From: Candidatus Pacearchaeota archaeon
GTDB lineage: Archaea; Nanobdellota; Nanobdellia; Pacearchaeales; GW2011-AR1
Assembly (NCBI GenBank): GCA_018303885.1
Contig: JAGVXG010000009.1
Span: 27,611 to 91,610, forward strand
Length of the DNA: 64,000 nt
Reading direction: 5' to 3'
Position 1 is the first letter of the stretch. Each line of letters opens with the position of its first letter. The position numbers and the translations under genes are program-made. The notes beneath the pieces are model-generated. The model was given only the letters and a program-made list of their open reading frames with translations, was not told the DNA's origin and made no database searches. This document shows, in pieces, positions 63,783 to 64,000 of this stretch.

Positions 63783-64000
63783 ATTCCGCAAAACCCCTAG
63801 CAGCAATTTATGTAAGAGTTTCGACTCAAGAGCAAGCACAGCAAGGATTCTCATTAAATGCCCAACAAGAAGCTTTAGAAAATTACGCTAAAGCCTTAGG
63901 TTACGAAATCCATAAAATTTATCGTGATGAAGGAAAGTCTGCAAAAGACCTGAAGAGACCGGAAATGACTAATCTTCTCCAAGATGCAGAAAAAGGAAAG
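63779..64000 (+). CDS. serine recombinase (resolvase/invertase catalytic domain), 5' partial, runs off the window
   Basis: My translation: MNSAKPLAAIYVRVSTQEQAQQGFSLNAQQEALENYAKALGYEIHKIYRDEGKSAKDLKRPEMTNLLQDAEKGK. This carries the canonical YxRVS(T/S)xxQ catalytic-Ser motif and the D.G.S(A/G)....RP block. Confidence 0.85.
   Translation, partial: MNSAKPLAAIYVRVSTQEQAQQGFSLNAQQEALENYAKALGYEIHKIYRDEGKSAKDLKRPEMTNLLQDAEKGK

Overview
Low-GC (roughly one-third G+C by eye), gene-dense archaeal window. The informational genes are clearly archaeal: RadA, RPA, PolD DP1/DP2, Orc1/Cdc6, aIF2-alpha, aEF-1beta, uS15, Nop10, TyrRS, Hef/XPF and a RecJ/GAN-like protein. No biosynthetic genes are visible, and there are many small membrane and secreted proteins, so I infer a small-genome, possibly DPANN-like episymbiotic archaeon. 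All protein calls come from motifs read by eye or recalled; no searches were run.

Main contents:
1. Two tRNAs: Gln-UUG and Arg-GCG. The Arg tRNA has its 3' end duplicated about 930 bp downstream.
2. A rpa-radA cluster. radA carries a 493-aa LAGLIDADG intein.
3. A 13-kb type IV pilus-like locus (17.8-31.1 kb). It holds a class III signal peptidase, nine or more prepilin-like genes, a platform protein, an oversized 781-aa ATPase and a 957-aa modular Cys-rich secreted protein. This is my best candidate for a novel cell-surface or host-attachment system.
4. A five-member family of 60-70-aa membrane proteins. Four members sit behind a near-identical TATA-(CT)n promoter cassette.
5. A replication island, cdc6-DP1-HAD-HD(SAMHD1-like)-DP2, with a second LAGLIDADG intein in DP2. 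It abuts a candidate oriC with ORB-like repeats and a DUE.
6. Right of the origin (about 58.7-64 kb), a compositionally distinct stretch ends in a serine recombinase. It contains coding tandem repeats and iteron-like motifs, so it is probably an integrated element.

No rRNA genes or CRISPR arrays were seen.
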